A stretch of DNA of 58,809 nucleotides, filler included, from Squatina squatina (lineage: Eukaryota), in assembly GCA_031763465.1 (NCBI GenBank). It is 2 parts of 2 records of this genome, joined end to end, with 100 filler letters (N's around TTAATTAATTAA, not from the genome) between each part and the next. Parts side by side here need not be neighbours in the genome. Positions count along the whole stretch, not along the records: positions 1 to 28,606 come from JARFOE010000115.1; 1 more part is not named here. The stretch is one strand, 5' to 3'. This document shows, piece by piece, positions 1-11,985 of this stretch; position 1 is the first letter of the stretch, and each line of letters begins with the position of its first letter. The notes below the pieces were generated by a model. That model worked only from the letters and a program-made list of their open reading frames with translations. It ran no database searches and was not told where the DNA came from. Both the position numbers and the translations under genes were made by a program.

Positions 1-122
1 GTTTCAATGAGATCCCCTCTCATTCTTCTAAACTCTAGTGAATACAGGCCTAGTCGACCCAATCTCTCCTCATACGACAATCCTGGCATCCCAGGAATCA
101 GTCTGGTGAACCTTCACTGCAC
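1..122 (-). mobile_element. CR1/HER1 LINE fragment (ORF2 C-terminus)
   Basis: Reverse strand reads RFTRLIPGMPGLSYEERLGRLGLYSLEFRRMRGDLIET. Confidence 0.9.
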
Positions 123-1100
123 TTCACATCCCATTTCACATCTCTCTCCATTTTTATTTCCATAGAAATCAGAGTGGAGAAATGTGAAGCGGGCTGTAAA
201 CTTGTTGTCGCCCATTTTACACGATCGCACAAAGTCCAAGATCTACCACAATATCTATGCGTCGAGCGTGAGCATGTACCAGACACTACCAATGAAGAGC
301 ACTACTTGCAGCATTCTAGTTAAAATCGCATTCTCTGCAAGCTCCAGCCAGAAACCTAATGGGATATATAGTAGAAACACATGTCCAGCCTTTTGGAGAT
401 GCAGTTATGACCTCCAGCTATCAACAGTTAACATTTTAACACTTTCTAACTCGCCTTTCCTTGGGCGCTTCACCTGAGTTAATGATCCAAGCAGGACAAA
501 TTTTCTGGCAGGGTGCTAAAGTATACAAGTAACATGCAATGTGTTAATTATTTGAACATATTCTGACAGGAAAAGTCAGGTAAAACGTTATTTCCTGACA
601 GTTCCTTTTAGTGCTGATGTGAATTTGAAGCCAATCTTTAAATGCATCTGGAAAAGTGCTGCCTTTTTTCCCTTTGAGATTCGCTCTGAACAGACAGGAA
701 ATTATGGTTTGAGCAGCACTTGGCTATAAGTTACAGGCCATAATTCAATTATCTGCTGAAGGGACTGCTGAAGCATCAGGCTTTTAAAATCTCATCTATA
801 TGTGTAAAGTGTATGTCTATTAATGAAAATATTTTAAGGTGACACAGTTGTTGTGCTTTTATAGTCATATGTTTAATTTTACAAGGTGTCATTGAAATTA
901 TCTGCTGTGGAAAGTGGAATTTCTAGTGATTGCAATATGCTGCTAAAACTACTGGATTGTACGTGAATCGTAACTTTCTTAACTGTTGGTCATTAATCAT
1001 GAAATATTATTTAGGGAACACAACTTTACTATCCCATAATATTTAGCATATGTAAACAGCTGCTTCATTACAATGCTCATTAAAGATGCTGCACCCTTAT

Positions 1101-1749
1101 GTCTAGAAATTCGCCCTCTTTGCGCCTCCCGTTAGTACCTCGCTATCGGCTTTGCGACCGGGTGCGGCGAGAGTACTGACGCCAGCGAAACTCCCATCAA
1201 GGTTTGAGGTGATGGTAGCCCCAAAGTATCACGATCTCCTGCGCCCGGACATCATGACGTTATCGTGCTGCTCATTGCCCCGGTAGCGCCCGGGACCCAA
1301 ACTTTGGTTCCGCTCCCTGCAGTGTCGCCAGGCGACAACACCGGCAGCCACAGGAGGCGTTGATAGGAAGGCCGGATGCTTGATGCTGTTTAATGGGAAT
1401 GATGGTTGCGTGGAAAAAAATGGTCTCACTGCTCAACATCCATTTTTCAGGGTTTTCTGCGGCCGCGATCGATCAGCCCTGCACACTGCTAGAGTGCTCC
1501 GGGGCTGATCGTGGTGGATTGCAGCTGCCATCGGCGATGAGGTACCCCGTTTCAGTGCAGAGCCTGCAGCGATGACCCTTCCCTTTGAGGGAGGGAGGGA
1601 GCCTCCATTCCCGGCAGCGCAGCGCTGCATGGCTACCACCCCTCTTGCTGGCTTTAGCGCTCCAATGGAAGTGATAGCACTTGATTTAGCACTCCCTTCC
1701 TGGAGCACTAAACCAGAAGTTCGCATCAGCTTCACTCGTGTAGCGCCCG
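1101..1749. mobile_element. GC/CpG-rich non-autonomous DNA transposon remnant (PIF/Harbinger-like)
   Basis: Abrupt GC rise starting at gtctagaaatt, which resembles the ggcccagaaatt terminus at 55017-55028. Recurrent ttagcgcc-type motifs; no coherent ORF. Confidence 0.55.
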
Positions 1750-1849
1750 NNNNNNNNNNNNNNNNNNNNNNNNNNNNNNNNNNNNNNNNNNNNNNNNNNN
1801 NNNNNNNNNNNNNNNNNNNNNNNNNNNNNNNNNNNNNNNNNNNNNNNNN

Positions 1850-1945
1850 CTTCTCTCTTTCCAGATGTTGACAGACCTGCTGCACATTTCCAGCATTCTC
1901 TGTCTTTCCTTCAGCTATCCAGCAGTCAAAATGTTTTTCTTTTTA
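1850..1945 (+). repeat. Short interspersed repeat, same family as 16264-16375 (possibly Penelope-like terminus)
   Basis: cagatgttgacagacctgctgcacatttccagcattctctg aligns with cagatgctgcctgaccgggagcatttccagcattttctg at 16295. Confidence 0.55.
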
Positions 1946-2472
1946 TTGAATAGCACAAAACGTACTGGTATCACTCCCCGAAAGAATCTGTCTGTATGTT
2001 CCAGTTTTACAAAACCTCCTTCAAATGTACCCTCGGAGATTTACGATTGGAATAATATCTGGAATATTTACTTTAGTAGAGAGGGACACTGGGATTAATA
2101 AACTGATCTGTTCGTTTGAAGCCATCATGAAATGAGGTAATTCAATTTCTGGAAGGCAGTAATAGGATATTAGTAATATGATATCTCAATTGAAATACAC
2201 TGTAACAAGCTTGGAATAATGTTTTGGAAACAGCAAATCTTGGCTATATTATGTATCATTATTTCTCAAAAAGGTCCAGATACATTTTTATTTTCTAACG
2301 TGGTAGAACGAGTATATAAATAAACCATGTTGACCACAGTAAATTGCCAGCTGATCGTCTGAACCTTAAGTAGGACACGAACCTTAATTTAGAAATGGAG
2401 AAGACAAGCTATTAAAATGTGTGCACGGCGAAGATGACCTGTTAGACAAGGCAGCTGGGAGAAAAAGACAAA

Positions 2473-2779
2473 GGGCTAGATTCTAACTGCCTTCGTCTGG
2501 CATTAAGGGGGCAGTAACGGCCGCAAAGTGGGGCCGGTTGCCTTCCCGTCCCATTCACGCCGGCGATGCAACTGCCTCCATTTTGAAAGGGGCCTACCAC
2601 CGGGTGTTCAAAGCGCCTGCCTGTCTCAGGTGATCATCCCCTTTTAACATAGTAATGGGGTTCCTATGATGTAAATAGGAATACAATTGCCACTTATAGG
2701 CTGGAGCTGTTCGGAGCCTGTGCAGTGCACACTCCGACCACTTCCACGGGGTGACGAACCGAAGAGTTCCGCCAAAGAT
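2473..2779. mobile_element. GC-rich Harbinger-like MITE end
   Basis: Begins gggctagattct, then CpG-rich sequence running into a gap; same style as 1101-1749. Confidence 0.45.
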
Positions 2780-4383
2780 NNNNNNNNNNNNNNNNNNNNN
2801 NNNNNNNNNNNNNNNNNNNNNNNNNNNNNNNNNNNNNNNNNNNNNNNNNNNNNNNNNNNNNNNNNNNNNNNNNNNNNNNCCAATCAGAACATCCGAGGAA
2901 AATTTGATCAAAGCCCAATTTAAGTTTCATTGTGACTTAGCCCACGCAGTGCCCGGCTCTCAAAGAAATGGCTGCACCAGAGGGAAATCTACCCCATTTA
3001 GTTGGAAATGTTTTTGCATCATTCGCAGATAATTTTTGTGACGGAATTTTTGCAATTGAATGCAAAATGGAATTCGAAGCATTTTTTTTTTGTTACTTAA
3101 GATATGCTGAGATTTATTAAATTAATATCTGCTGCGGTTTGGAGAAGGCTAAAATACAGGCCTAAAATTCAGCACTTTCCTGAAGCACGCTAAATTTTAT
3201 TCTGCAACAAAACACAAATTAGGAAAACTTGAAGAAAATAATTTTTAACTCCGCACATGAAGTGCCGAAAATACACCTTGACATTACTGTCATTGGGAGG
3301 CTTTACTATTTGAATGTTCTTTGTCCATGCGTGGACTGACCAGCAGGCATATTCCACAGTGGAAGTCAATGCATTTTTCCCTGGTGGTTACAAGGAAAAC
3401 GTTTGAAGACTTAGTGGGAATATGGTCAGTGGTGTAGCTTTTGATATTCTCCTTCTTGGAAAATTGCCAAAGCATGAAAGGTTTTCTTTTCACACAGTAA
3501 AACCTGGCTGAACATCAAAGGCTGCACAGTAAANNNNNNNNNNNNNNNNNNNNNNNNNNNNNNNNNNNNNNNNNNNNNNNNNNNNNNNNNNNNNNNNNNN
3601 NNNNNNNNNNNNNNNNNNNNNNNNNNNNNNNNNTAGGTGCCCAGGGTTCCTAGTTGCTCAGAAGCTGCCCAGCTCAATGTTTACATTACCCGTGTTAAAC
3701 AGGAACTTCTTTTCATTTTTAAACTAAATTAAATTCTTACTGCAGCATTTAATACATAACTTATATTGTATCTGTTGACAGAGAGGGCGACTTATTATTT
3801 TTAATTCCTTACACTAATTAAAGCCCACCTCTGTCTCAAACTGCCAAATGTGTTAAATTGGGCCTTTCGCTATGGCCTTAAATGAAATCTTTTTTTTCAT
3901 TGAGATATGTGGCTTTTCTATTTTGCCTTGCTATGGAACTTTCCACAGTTCATTTAAACTCTCTGGCTAGCAATGTGTGTGCTTTTTCATGAAAGTAAAT
4001 TTCAGGAGACCAATTCATCACTTATATTGTTCCACACCCTCTTGGAGACAGGCATGCAACACCCTGTGATGTACAATAAATAATGACATAAAGCCATCGA
4101 GAACCGATTTCCCATCAACAATTTAACATGCTTGATCTGTTATTTTGTAAGTCGCATGATTGTATTTCACAGTGTAGAAATTCATAGTGTAGCTTGTTAT
4201 TATAACTAAATTAAATATTACAGCAAATGTCTGCAATGCCACGTTAGATAAAGTTGTACCAATTTTATTTTGCTCGGCAAATCAGACGATCGCATAGATG
4301 CAAACAAACTACAGCACTTGATGAGATAAATCCTACTGGATAAACCCAGAACGTCACTTGGGAACAATATTTANNNNNNNNNN

Positions 4384-4940
4384 TGAGCCCATCTTGCCCT
4401 TGCCAGGATTAGCTCTGCTTTCATTTAATTTCCATGCCTTTTATCCATATATCATGTTCTTCCTTTTCAAATACTTATCCATTTCCCTTTTAAATGATGT
4501 TATAATCTCTATTTCAGTAGTCACTCACCATACAGCATTCCATGTCCTAATAACCCTCCTTGTGAAATAAACCTCGTCTAACTTGCCCCTTCAACTTTCT
4601 AGTTATTAATCCTGAGCGTATGCCCCCTAGTCACTGATTAGTCGAGTAATGGAAATAATGTTTAACTATTTACCCACTCGAAACCTTTCATCATTTTCAC
4701 TGTTGGATCCCCTTTGAACTTTCTTCCTTCCAGTGAAAATCCTTTCTGCATAGCTATAACCTTTCATTCTGCTCTCATTCCAGTGAATGTCCACCCGTAC
4801 CTTTTCCATGGTCTAATAATGTTCCTATAAAGGGGTGCCCAGAACTACATGCAATAGTTTATCTGCGAAATAACCAATGTCTTATATCAGCTCAACATGA
4901 CTTCCTTGCATTTCCATTCGCTGTCCCATTTTAGAGCCAA
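4384..4940 (-). mobile_element. Old CR1 LINE 3' fragment
   Basis: Decayed motifs (tatgccccctagtc, ggtgcccagaactacatgcaata) shared with other CR1 copies in the window. Confidence 0.7.
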
Positions 4941-4964
4941 GATCTTGCAAATTTATAATGAAAA

Positions 4965-5022
4965 CATCGGTCAAAGTCAGCATGGATTTACGAAAGGGAA
5001 ATCATGCTTGACAAATTTACTG
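4965..5022 (+). mobile_element. CR1 reverse transcriptase fragment
   Basis: Encodes IGQSQHGFTKGKSCLTNLL, the classic CR1 RT motif. Confidence 0.85.
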
Positions 5023-5867
5023 NNNNNNNNNNNNNNNNNNNNNNNNNNNNNNNNNNNNNNNNNNNNNNNNNNNNNNNNNNNNNNNNNNNNNNNNNNNNNN
5101 NNNNNNNNNNNNNNNNNNNNNNAGGCTTGGAAAAGCATTTTCCATTGTTCTGCAACAACCACCTCACATATTTTATCAGTGGCAGTGTTTTAGAGCAGAA
5201 TTTTCCAAGTGAATTATAATTCTGTTCTTCACCAGCAAGACACCATCACAGATACCTACTGACTTACTGTCTAGGTGTTTGACTTCCTACTGTTCCAAAC
5301 GCATAGCAGACGTGACCTTAGTCTCCCGTTGGCTGCCGAGCTCCTGTATAATCTCTTACTGGCTGCTGAACCTCTGTATAAGTTTCACGTTCATCACTGA
5401 TGTATTGGTAACTGAGATCACGCATAACATTTCTCATCTGTGTGCTGACACTTACGCTATCAAAACAGTGGAAAATAAAAGCCAATAGATAGTTCATTGT
5501 AGAGCCATACTAACGTTGCAGATCAGAAGAAACACAGATGTAAGTTAAAGAAAATAAATGCCATTCTAATCAAGAAAAAATGGTTATTTAATCTTTACTA
5601 CCACAAAACTATTCCTTATTACATCTCTGGCTCCACTCATACTGCAGAAATAAATGTCACATACCAATGGCTAACAAACACTCATATATTTAAGAGTACT
5701 CCCGCACTTTTGACAAATATTGCAGGCTGTTTTATTGAAGGTATGTGAAGCCTTGCCATTACTTGGCTCTAGTAAAGGGACATATTGTATTTTAAGTTGA
5801 ACGTGCTGTTACTGGATGATTCCACTTTTTTATTGCAGAGATATATGATATGATATGGTATGGTATG

Positions 5868-6061
5868 GAATGCAGTGGGTGGTGGCAGTTGATTCAGTTG
5901 GCAGTTTCAAAAGGGAATCAGATATATACTTGAAAAGGAAAAAAAATGCAGGACTATGGGGAAAGAGCGGTTAAGTGGGACTAATTGGATAGCTCTTTGA
6001 AAGAGCCGGCACTGGCACCGTCGGCCAAATGGCCTCCTCCTGTGCTATATTATTGTATGAT
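5868..6061 (+). mobile_element. CR1/HER1 3' end
   Basis: ttcaaaagggaa...gggactaattggatagctct...aatggcctcctcctgtgct tail. Confidence 0.8.
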
Positions 6062-6276
6062 NNNNNNNNNNAATAGACTGTACAGGTTGGTGCAACAATC
6101 ATGATTTGAATAAGTTACTAATGGATTTTGCCTGTCAGCACAAACATTGAACTTTGAGATCACAGGTATAGCTGGCTCAGAACTGTACAAGGGCTACATG
6201 GTAGGCCACATATAGTGACACTGCTATTCCTGATCTGATTGGACAATTCCCTCGTCAGTCACGCCTAGAGATCACA

Positions 6277-6439
6277 CTGCAGCTACAGAAAGAACGGGAG
6301 GAGCAGCTACAGAAAGAGCGGGAGGAGCGACTACAGACAGAGCGGGAGGAGCAGTTACAGAGAGAGCGGGAGGAGCAGCTACCGAGAGAGCGGGAGGAGC
6401 GGCTACAGAGAGAGCGGGTGCAGCGGTTACAGAGAGAGC
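6277..6439 (+). repeat. 24-bp minisatellite (gagcagctacagagagagcgggag), at least 6.5 units, truncated by a gap
   Basis: Directly visible periodicity; one + frame reads (EQLQRERE)n. Confidence 0.9.
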
Positions 6440-7894
6440 NNNNNNNNNNNNNNNNNNNNNNNNNNNNNNNNNNNNNNNNNNNNNNNNNNNNNNNNNNNNN
6501 NNNNNNNNNNNNNNNNNNNNNNNNNNNNNNNNNNNNNNNGCAAGAAAACATAGGGGAAAGGGAGGCAACAGATAGAGGTTAATATTTGGGGGCAAGATCC
6601 TCCACTGATTTGTAGTCAATGGATGGAAAACCCTTTCACAGTGAGGTAGCTAAGGAATCTAGTAACCTATTAACCAATTAAAAAATGTTGGGAAGTGTAA
6701 AATACTGTACACTCTATGAAACAATTCAGAGAAGGAGGGGCAGTTACATGGACCTTTGAAAGTCAAAGGGGTGAGCCTACCATGCTCTAAAATAGGAGGA
6801 GAAGCAGTTGAATGTGAACAACATCCACTGGGAGACTACAGCAGAAAAGTAGGGAATACAGCTAGCACCTGAAACTGTCGAAGTCAACGCAGATACATAC
6901 GAAAATGATGGGCAGGAAAAGACCAGCCTGCCCCACAGCTCATAAAGCCTCGAGCACTTTGATGAGACCCTTCCCAACTCCCTGCAGATGTGTCCAAGGA
7001 ATTAGAAACTTCCATCCCTGAGCCATGAATGCTGCCAATGTGTAGTTGCTGCGTTGATGTGGCCATTCCCCAAGTGTCCCTGTTACACTTTTCATCGCAT
7101 TTTCTAAATAGAAGAGAGTTGACGTATTTCAGGAGTAGCTGGGCTGTGAGTGCACTGAAAATACTCTATAGGTTTGTGACTTTCTTGTAACATAGCCATG
7201 ACCCATGTCTCACATTGTCTAACTGTTCTGGCTGCAACAAATACAGTGTGCCCGACCAGAAGAGGGGAGAGTGGAAATAGGCTGGATGGGATATTAAAGG
7301 GTATAGGGAGTGAGCAGGAGAGTGGGATTGGACTGTCAGGACTANNNNNNNNNNGAAGATGTCATTGTTTTGGAGCTACGAGTTCAAAAGTTAACAGAAA
7401 TCAGGCCAAGAAACCTTTTTGCAGAGTTATGCAAATAAACTAATTTCTTTTGATTAGACAGTTCTTTCATTTAGCTGAACAGTTGGCAAACCCAGTGAGG
7501 ATTGTAGTGGCAAAACTGACTCATATCCTTAGTGAGCGATTCAGTCAATATGTTCATACCAAAGAATGTTATTGTGCTTTTTGGATTGTGTTTCATAATT
7601 TAATGGTTTTTTTTGTTTCTATCTTTGAAACAGAATGAAATTCATGTAGTGGATCATTATTCGTCAGCAATCTTTCCCGCAAGCTTTGGTTGACCTCACA
7701 CTGTGTGCACACCCACATGTGCTGAAACCTCCCAGACTAATGTTCAGCAAAGCAGCAGCTTTGTGTCTCAAACTGCATATTAGCAACGCCCAGCTTTTAG
7801 TGAATAAATCGTCCGACACATCAGTCACTAACATAAACATTCATTATTTGACCAGAGAGGATACCTTCCTGAAATGGTTGCCATGAAAAAAAAC

Positions 7895-8500
7895 AAACAA
7901 AGCACTGGGTTTAATTTCTAGAGGAATAGATTTGAAAAGCAGAGACGTATGTTATACTTGTATAGAATCTTGGTTAGACCACACTTAGAGTATTGTGTAC
8001 AGTTCTGGTCACCTTATTACAAAAAGGATATAGAGGCACTGGAGAAGGTGCAAAAAAGATTTATAAAGCTGATACCAGAATTGAGAGGGTACAACAATCA
8101 GGAAAGCCAAATAGACTGGGGCTCTTTTCTCTGGAAATAAGATGGCTGAGGGGTGAGCTAATAGNNNNNNNNNNNNNNNNNNNNNNNNNNNNNNNNNNNN
8201 NNNNNNNNNNNNNNNNNNNNNNNNNNNNNNNNNNNNNNNNNNNNNNNNNNNNNNNNNNNNNNNNGAGATGAGGAGAAATTTCTTCACTCAGAGGGTAGTG
8301 AATCTTTGGAATTCTCTACCCCAGAAGGCTGTGGAGGCTCACAGAGATTGATAGATTTCTAGATATTAAAGGCATTAAGGGATATGGGAATAGTGCAGGA
8401 AAATGGCGTTGAGGTAGAAGATCAATCATGATCTTATTGAATGGCAGAGCAAGCTCAAGGGCTGAATGGCCTACTCCTGCTCCTGTTTCTTATGTTCTTA
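7895..8500 (+). mobile_element. CR1/HER1 ORF2 end and 3' UTR (spans a gap)
   Basis: LYRILVRPHLEYCVQFWSPYYKKDIEALEKVQKRF; tail gaatggcctactcctgctcctgtttcttatgttcttat. Confidence 0.9.
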
Positions 8501-8502
8501 TA

Positions 8503-9265
8503 TTCTAAATGACCGACCCCTTATTCTTAGACTGTGACCCCTAGTTCTAGACTCCCCAGCCAGGGGAAACATTCTCCCAGCATCTACGCTGTCAAGTCCC
8601 TTAAGAATTTTATACATTTTAATGAGATCACCTCTCATTCTTCTAAACCCTTGAGATTATAGGCCTAGATCACAATCCAGAAGTCTCTCTTCATAACTTC
8701 TCCCTCAACCCTGATAACATCCTCGTGAATCTATGCTGAATCTTTTCCAAGATTCTAATACCCTTCCTAAAATTAGGTGCCCAAACCTGCACACAATACT
8801 TGAAGAGCAGCCTAAGTTATTGTACGAGTTCAATATTGCCTCTTTGTTTTGGTATTCTGTGCCTTTAGATTCTGTTTCACTTTTTATGGTCTTGTCTACT
8901 TGTGCTGCCACCTTTAATGATCCACACATCTGCACGCCAAGGATCTGCTCCTTTACTGCATTTAAATTATTAACATTTAAGATTTATATTTTTCTGCATC
9001 TGCCACCTGTCTGCCCATCCTGTGGATTAACCTATGCCCTCCTGCAGTCTTTTGGAATCCTTGTCCCTACTCTCCAATTTGGTGTCATCAGCAAATTATT
9101 GATACTGGTATCAAGAGTGACCCGAGCACAGACCCCTATGGAACACTAATCATCTCAGCTTTCTAGTCTAGAAAGCTTCCTTTTACCCCTGCCCTTTGAT
9201 TTCTGCTCTCCAATCATCTGTCTATCGATGTCGCCACATTCCCCTTAATTTCATGTGCCATTACT
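8503..9265 (-). mobile_element. Two CR1 fragments in antisense orientation
   Basis: atgagatcacctctcattcttctaaac motif; reverse frame gives GSLKVAAQVDKTIK; tcatcagcaaatt is the RT FADD region in antisense. Confidence 0.8.
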
Positions 9266-9876
9266 TTTAATGTAACGGGACGGTTTCAAATGTTTTATGG
9301 GTTGGCGCCATCATTGGGTACAAGTATGATAACCAATGCAATGATAACAAAATGGGCAACTGTTGTAAATCACTTCAGGAAATATGAAGTTGACCTGGGT
9401 GCCTTAAGAATGACACAATCATTTTCATATTGCTCCAGTGTGTTTGCAAACTTCCTTGCTTTCATTTTTGACTTTGGTCTGAGTCATAACCGGTTTGGAC
9501 AGCAGTTAGATACGATTAGTGTCAACTCGGTTCGTGATGGAAGCCATCTGCTCACAGGGGCATTTCCATGCAACAAAGAGGGCGCTGTTATAGGATATTC
9601 CAAGCAGACAGCATAAGTGCAACAAAAACATTGACAGGAGTGCAATTTCATATTGCGTCATTGGAATCGGCAGGTAATAGAGGCACTGTTCCAGCCTCCA
9701 GCCAAAAGTGAGTCTAAACAGCATTCCGTGTGGTTAGTGTGGGAAAGAGTTGAGACAGTTTTGCAGCCAGTGCCTTCTAACAACCAAGAAAATCATGAAT
9801 GGATTTCAGGTGTGTGTTAAAGATGAAGCCAACTTAGGTCATGCAATGCTATACTAAGCAACTGTACTGTACAGCT

Positions 9877-10010
9877 GAGGCTCAGTGGGTAGCACACTAT
9901 GCCAGTGAATCAGAAGGTTGTGGGTTCAAGACCCACTCCAGAGACTTAAACATAAAATCTAGGCTGACCCTCAGAGTGTAGTACTGAGGGAGTGCTGCAC
10001 TGTCAGATGA
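9877..10010 (+). mobile_element. SacSINE1-like DeuSINE, tRNA-derived head
   Basis: A-box-like ggctcagtgggtagc and B-box-like gggttcaagaccc, followed by ctaggctga...gtactgagggagtgctgcactgtc as in the full copies at 34667 and 50263. Confidence 0.8.
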
Positions 10011-10110
10011 NNNNNNNNNNNNNNNNNNNNNNNNNNNNNNNNNNNNNNNNNNNNNNNNNNNNNNNNNNNNNNNNNNNNNNNNNNNNNNNNNNNNNNNNNN
10101 NNNNNNNNNN

Positions 10111-11985
10111 CTGTGTTTACAGTGTCACTAACACACACAGACCAGAGGGAATCTTCCCGCTGTGTTTACAGTGTCACTAACACACACAGACCAGGGGGAA
10201 CCTTCCCGCTGTGTTTACAGTCACACTAACACACACAGACCAGTGGGAATCTTCCCGCTGTGTTCACGGTGTCACTAACACACAGAGACCAGATGGAATC
10301 TTTCTGCTATGTTTACACTGTCACTAACAAACAAGCAGAACAGAGAGACACTTCCCACTGTGTTTACAGTGTCACTAACACACAGACCAGAGGGAATCTT
10401 CCCACTGTGTTTACAGTGTCACTAGTGTACACACAGACCAGAGGGAATCTTCCCGCTATGTTTACAGTGTCACTAACACACAGAACGGAGGGAATCTTCC
10501 CACTGTGTTTACAGTGTCACTAACACACACACAGACCATAGGGAACCTTCCCGCTGTCTTTACAGTGTCACTAACACACACACAGTCCAGAGGGAATCTT
10601 CCTGCTATGTTTACAGTGTCACTAACACACACAGAACAGAGGGAATCTTCCCACTATGCTTACAGTGTCACTAACACTCAGAGCAGAGGGAATCTTCCCG
10701 CTATGTGTACAGTGTCACTAAAACATACACAGTCCAGAGGGAATCTTCCCGCTATGTTTACAGTGTTACTAACGCACACAGACCAGAGGGTATCGTCCCG
10801 CTGTGTTTACTGTGTCACTAACACACAGAACAGAGGGAACCTTCCCACTGTGTTTACAGTGTCAATAACGCACACACGGACCAGAAGGAATCTTGCCGCT
10901 GTGCTCACAATGGCACGAGCACACAGAGACCAGATTATATCCTCCTGCTGTGTTTACAGTGTCACGAAGACACACCCAACGAAAGGGAATCTTCCCGCTG
11001 TGTTTACAGTGTCACTGACACATACACAGATGAGAGGGAATCTTCCCACTTTGTTTACAGTGTCACTAACACACAAGCAGACCAGAGGGAATCTTCCCGC
11101 TGTGTTTACAGTGTCAGTAACACGCACACAGATCAGATGGAATCTTCCCGCTGAGTTTACAGTGTCAGTAACACACAGAAAGACCAGAGGGAATCTTCCC
11201 ACTGTGTTTACAGTGTCACTAACACACACACAGACGAGAGGGTATCTTCCCGCTGTGTTTACAGTGTCAGTAACACACAGAGAGACCAGAGGGAATCTTC
11301 CCACTCTGTTTAGAGTGTCAATAACGCACACACAGACCAGATGGAATCTTCCCGCTGAGTTTACAGTGTCACTTACACACAGAACAGAGGGAACCTTCCC
11401 ACTGTGTTTACAGTGTCAATAACGCACACACGGACCAGATGGAATCTTCCCGCTGTGCTGACAATGGCACGAACACACAGAGACCAGATTATATCCTCCT
11501 GCTGTGTTTACAGTGTCACAAAGACACAGCCATCCTGAGGGAACCTTCCCGCTGAGTTTACAGTGTCACTAACACATACACAGACCAGATGGAATCTTAC
11601 TGCTGTGTTTACAGTGTCACTAACACATACACAGACCAGAGGGAATCTTCCCACTGTGGTTACAGTGTCAGTGACACGCACACAGACAAGATGGAATCTT
11701 CCCGCTGAGTTTACAGTGTCAGTAACACATACACAGACCAGTTGGAATCTTCCTGCTTTGTTTACAGTGTCACTAAGACACACACAGACCAGAGGGAATC
11801 TTTTCGCTGTGTTTACAGTGTCACTAACACACACACAGACCATAGGGAATCTTCCCACTGTGTTTACAGTGTCACTAACACACTCACAGACCAGAGGGAA
11901 TCTTCCCACTGTGTTTACAGTGTCACTAACACACACAGACCAGAGGGAATCTTCCCGCTGTGTTTACAGTGTCACTAACACACAC
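10111..11985. repeat. ~49-bp (47-53) minisatellite, about 37 units, bounded by gaps on both sides
   Basis: Unit ctgtgtttacagtgtcactaacacacacagaccagagggaatcttcccg; length varies with the internal (AC)n. Confidence 0.95.

Noticed and set aside
1101-1749. CpG-island promoter (also 15657-16262 and 28707-29002)
   Set aside because: Sharp edges, shared motifs and terminal-repeat-like ends fit DNA transposon remnants better.
6620-7080. Decayed LTR-retroelement coding sequence
   Set aside because: Purine-rich and codon-like, but I could identify no gag or pol motif.
9877-9940. tRNA genes at SINE heads (also 21353, 34667 and 50660-50734)
   Set aside because: A and B boxes are present but run directly into SINE bodies, with no intact cloverleaf.
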